NCBI GenBank assembly: GCA_963924565.1
Contig: OZ004610.1
Span: 9,920,001-9,984,000, forward strand
Direction of reading: 5' to 3'
Source of the DNA: Ascidiella aspersa
Lineage: Eukaryota
Length of the DNA: 64,000 bases
A program made the position numbers and the translations under genes. The notes below the pieces were generated by a model. That model did not search any database. It saw nothing but the letters and a program-made list of their open reading frames with translations, and had not been told where the DNA came from. Positions 61,701 through 64,000 of the stretch are shown one piece after another. Every line of letters begins with the position of its first letter. The stretch's first letter is position 1.

Positions 61701-63998
61701 ATGAGAATAGATGTCAATTTTTTTAGCAGTGCCCACACTTAAATCTTGCAAAGTTATTTCCAACTGCTTGTCTTCAAGTGGACTCCCGATAGTATGGAGC
61801 AGCCCTGCCATGTTTGCTTTATGGTATATTGATGGAGCAAGGACCAGTCTTGGTAGTGCATTAAGTGGATATGGATTCACTTCAAGTTTATTTAAAAACA
61901 GAAGTAGCATGTTGTCACAGCCAGCATTTGAAGCATTGTCTAAGCAGGGAAAAAACAGCCTCACACCTTCGAGTTTAAAGTATAGAACAGGAAAATCAAT
62001 AGATTTAGGAGACTGTGTTGCTGATTTGCTCACTCCACTTTCTGCGAAGATTTTTATAAAAGGAGAAAATACTGGAAGCAGTTCATATATGATTCCAGGT
62101 TCAACAAGAAAGTCAAATGCTTGTACTGAGAAAATAATTTCACTAACACAGTTTTTTAGGTTCGTTGGTAGCGGTTCACCTTTCGCTGAATTAGGCAGGT
62201 CAACACTTTCATCATCATTTAAATGTCGCTGATAATCAGTGGTTAAGGCTTTGGTGTAGGTTACTTCTAAAAACTTTCTGTGCTTAGGTGTTTCACTCTG
62301 CTCTTTTGAAGCATTAGATTCTTTGATGGGATAGTTGTGGACAAACATGGGATATTTCGAATACATTTGAGTAAGGGAGACCCCTAAAGCATGGGCATCT
62401 TGCCACTCACCAGATACCTTGTGGAAATGCAAAATTTCAGAATTGGAGCAACATGACATAAGTTTAAGATAAATATTTGTGTAATCCAAAGACAAACTTA
62501 CGTCCTCCACAGTTAAAGTAGTTTTGCCCTTGTTCACATTGTAAATTGAAAATGAAAAACGAGACAAAGTGCACTGCAGCCAAACAGTGCACTTTACTTG
62601 AGTGGGGTTGTTCTTTACAACTAAAGCACTCAAGTTAGACTTGGAGTCATCTTTCAATTGGGTATTTCCTTGGGTGTCAGATTGATTTGAAACATCAACT
62701 TCAGGGTTGACCTGGTTTTGAAAAATGAAAGGCAACATGCAGTTGGACTGAATGGATACTAGAGTTTGAAAAACCTTGTGGGCAATTTCAACTAAAAGTT
62801 CAATTTGAGGCTTTGAAATCTTGATTTCTATTGGTTCTACATCAAGATGAATTGCAATACTTGAGCTGGCATGTTCTGTTTTGGGTGGTGAAACTACAAG
62901 CCTGCAAGTAGCAGAATATGCATTAGCGATATGATGAAGTGTTTCACCATGCTTTCTTTGAAGTACCGTAAACAACTCTGCCTTTTCCATTGCTACATTA
63001 AAAGTACCAAATTCTGTGTATGTGTTAACAGCCATGCCATTGGTTATTAGTTCGGGTGTGATTCGCACTCTCTTCTGTCCAGATGTAAACAAAGTTGTTT
63101 TTGGTAAACAGATGTGAAGGCCATGCTGTGAAGTTTGCACTAGTTTGACTGTGCTTTGTATGCAAGGTATATGGACTTTAATTCCTTCGCAATGAAGCTG
63201 AACCACATATCTAAACTTACTACTGCTTGTCAACAAGGAAGTTTCAGCATTGACATTTACATCAGTCAAGTATGGGGACATAAAAACAGGCAGAAGTTGC
63301 TTTGGAGAAAGTGATGGCAAGTCGGCCAGAATATCCCAAACTAAATTGTCAAGAGTAACAATTAGACAATGTGAGTGGATAAGAATACAGCCATTTTGTT
63401 GGCTACTTTCAGGAATTTGAAGATACACAGTGAACCAGTTTGATACTTCGTGACATTTGTCTTCCGCTTCGTCAATAGATCCTAATTGTCCTATAGCTGG
63501 ACTTGTGCCTTTAACAAGTGCAACTTTTGAAGAACCGTGAATTTGCCAGAAAACATGCACAGATTTTAGAGAACTTAAAACAGACGTGCTAGCAAAGCTC
63601 TGGTTACATTCAACAATAACATGGCCAAACTGTGCAGACAATATGTTGTTTTCTGTAGCAGTAAAAATGTTATCCAAACAACAGACATCCATAACTTCAT
63701 TCCCTTCTTTATTGGATTGTATAAGTTGACTCCAGGAGTCGGTAATGTGTAAAATGATTTGTAACTGCCCTGGAGTGGCATTGATGGTCAACTTTTGCAA
63801 TTTAAATTTGGTCTGTTTGTTCAGCATGGACAGTCTTTCTTTCCAATATTCATTTCCTTGTAAAACATAAGATTCTACTACAACCTGGGAGGTTTTGCAA
63901 ATGGTGCTGGAAAGAGAGTTAAAATTCACTTCCTCCAATGGCTGAGCAACAATGGAACCCAAACAAATCTCAAGTGCATTAATTTCGATAGCATAGCA
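55740..63998 (-). CDS. VPS13B: Vacuolar protein sorting 13B (COH1-like) lipid-transfer protein, 5'-partial, single exon within the window
   Basis: >2750 open codons, and the frame stays open to the window edge. VPS13B-type motifs: FGQALTDECLSL..YTWRSHK, P..VRSHLP, GWVLGSLDILGNP..GVTDLIVMPYQGLSRGPTAFIGG..SGTLRSITNIA, TKPIGGAA. Confidence 0.92.
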   Translation of the reverse strand, partial: CYAIEINALEICLGSIVAQPLEEVNFNSLSSTICKTSQVVVESYVLQGNEYWKERLSMLNKQTKFKLQKLTINATPGQLQIILHITDSWSQLIQSNKEGNEVMDVCCLDNIFTATENNILSAQFGHVIVECNQSFASTSVLSSLKSVHVFWQIHGSSKVALVKGTSPAIGQLGSIDEAEDKCHEVSNWFTVYLQIPESSQQNGCILIHSHCLIVTLDNLVWDILADLPSLSPKQLLPVFMSPYLTDVNVNAETSLLTSSSKFRYVVQLHCEGIKVHIPCIQSTVKLVQTSQHGLHICLPKTTLFTSGQKRVRITPELITNGMAVNTYTEFGTFNVAMEKAELFTVLQRKHGETLHHIANAYSATCRLVVSPPKTEHASSSIAIHLDVEPIEIKISKPQIELLVEIAHKVFQTLVSIQSNCMLPFIFQNQVNPEVDVSNQSDTQGNTQLKDDSKSNLSALVVKNNPTQVKCTVWLQCTLSRFSFSIYNVNKGKTTLTVEDVSLSLDYTNIYLKLMSCCSNSEILHFHKVSGEWQDAHALGVSLTQMYSKYPMFVHNYPIKESNASKEQSETPKHRKFLEVTYTKALTTDYQRHLNDDESVDLPNSAKGEPLPTNLKNCVSEIIFSVQAFDFLVEPGIIYELLPVFSPFIKIFAESGVSKSATQSPKSIDFPVLYFKLEGVRLFFPCLDNASNAGCDNMLLLFLNKLEVNPYPLNALPRLVLAPSIYHKANMAGLLHTIGSPLEDKQLEITLQDLSVGTAKKIDIYSHMTKPIPHDNPALLWNLTGKSDVVDEPVFHPIVQDFDFQTTVAPSIWYQNKLKKWIIVCGPSFEASFSSDVTLHFTKIQLEVLQSLTENWMQDCTSSLSKSKEVYKTPKLSHNDSGLSMAESSVTREKPVVSVSTSLIGDGLIAAHNIKIVVYKYVPGSNDREVKPLFCILFCEPSVVIHISRTQQRLEVQLHDLSIYLANDETIKASLVHEKSCFSRNVFQTLPGDSDRRTGVPSSFATVTLQHFLSNKAIIKAMVGRPVKVNLSENLANVLHNITDDFIPKTEVHQTYVSTGNGPSTLKLFSSISLETNQVVAEVNCALNSLRCSLDGLTVNAHCSLNNINAHGEVQNLAIQMQLSKKSDFTPLVYPVTLIASCHLQKLSNDFHLLYKTDFHITKLKTSVSKSVIEAVLSIYQDLLKWSGMVAQKNKSTHFQVTSSSSSFAQDVSVSNSDELRTGSYTYIVSNKQEPTSNQIVFSDNEEKSYMSWCYSKPNAIRHVHITPVPFTSSHLGNTLLCGLEYFDHATQSYVQIKKFELSESDEVEFNLFDDFTPFHKVISSSKWRVAIENTDSCKISIMTLAAAMQVESIFNTRFVPNFTVQFNLDGLDAAYIDSGLECIWFQVNDINAAIRIWNHGQDVLGVIDSTLSLSINVVDISNLTCLPVFPLQFYSMHAKKDTESIDMTCTSKSNVVEIRVSQKIIHTLSYLLSNLTEDVPNQGTTCLEVKNNTVKAILFGQALTDECLSLDPGETVPYTWRSHKVDTKLHVSLEGVPDWIWSDSFSAIGEEVLLCTVDQVNGLVIEKKFSGPTKNFLVFNGQTRVTNQLPLNIQCQIMFLDDSREEYALQSNESFDFLWELASVSTVSFKVLGTNYDPKKLSISNLVKTNGNTVSIKFPNEVKDTIYCQACYYRDGLTSRITLVPHFCVRSHLPKPSYLHVETRSKGESYIVNILGRGTELPLLQLSPYITHHLTIQVNQNQSPFDSKIPIHGSLVYSMDETHDLSQPIRKLENNFPYNDRSYNDSSSDVWSAGDGNIHANLSLFNNSLLVEITPWCLIANETSEVLCLISAGNAITIIQPGNIEVPHHFNSSFRLQVSNSCCSEKLYLIGNSISDHPARMKSLKHGEILPNSIHNVLIRKQKTILDLTLSSCVRHGILILTISPTWWFLNNTETVSHLRVKGCVNQNEELICDLGSALEVNNKSPIPLLAWQIESQQTLIAQEVLEEAGENVVSSADESSSSFICVENAGNSSSLSSYFTDRSVYCYVNESSAAVSVKDSFVKRIVNFQGSSDDAQVTKFLFTQHSEDDHLYLVLSDITCYRYKIHNDTVCHLCFREVTDEVTSSAIHSISPGQYVAFESYMDAESFPRCRRVNKSIKLQFALEGENNWVDFLVSDFNYTDKFVIPGLGFKHVTVSKQASCISIKIHEDEEKHPVSEVDQMDRMSLNLSLDLKEVKLVMVDDASNASLPTDVVHICLSELAFSALSDPLSKSWYVVLSLSEFQLDNKLFLAPDFPVFLWSCPTYSTNNLNKALLFNVTLTECFLLDSVDIALGAIQLKLEGSFAGTLSLLLQSYLESVQSFMPQLPHDENLISPSLKSEIFTVTHPIRFSSLTVHPFVVLLSLRADVKVYVSVDRGAISFSKFVCCDVDTTVNELVQELSRHYFADAVFGAGWVLGSLDILGNPATTLRSFAQGVTDLIVMPYQGLSRGPTAFIGGFAHGVSSLLKHFSSGTLRSITNIASGISRNLEPANQSLQHSAVTASFKHSLKNESEEKEKQGYTKVVGKALVKVVTKPIGGAAGLLSKVGESILLKAGLEVHKTVRYKTKEKPLKEFLNSASKYYHKIICKEQGKRNLPVLATLDVQMFSSVGVDFKAELFLTSENLYILRSDDDRLENTFPVKDIELFTEADDQEVMAGVLTIQHVLSVSTEKVSVYKEKVAEYLGVEDHLKKDSAQQTKDIVKYTASAILLTEAALFCAIFDKVKPKSNRFLW

Positions 63999-64000
63999 TG

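Overview
Eukaryotic, intron-rich, AT-rich animal DNA. An invertebrate chordate, probably an ascidian tunicate, is my inference from gene content, tight gene packing and mosaic CpG depletion. I assembled the spliced gene models by hand using splice signals and phase. Plus strand: the 3' four exons of an NRBP/MADM pseudokinase ending in a ~185-residue heptad-patterned polyQ tail (680-3556); orphan exons, including a 5-nt ATG micro-exon (5229-5857); a complete 36-exon TRPN1/NompC mechanosensitive channel with 29 ankyrin repeats and one GC-AG intron (10738-33086); and a 9-exon stand-alone PHM (amidating monooxygenase without PAL) with a long acidic pro-region (34567-40875). Minus strand: a C2H2 zinc-finger gene whose N-terminus resembles non-LTR retrotransposon ORF1 proteins (44213-46971); intronless ARMC7 (51714-52313), which starts only 64 bp after the stop codon of TMEM14 (52378-54490), a candidate trans-spliced operon; and a 5'-truncated VPS13B that is a single exon of >8.2 kb (55740 to the window end). 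Introns and intergenic DNA carry more than a dozen hAT-type MITEs with 8-bp target-site duplications (TSDs), including a three-level nested insertion at 49833-51473. I saw no rRNA, tRNA, CRISPR array or transposase ORF.
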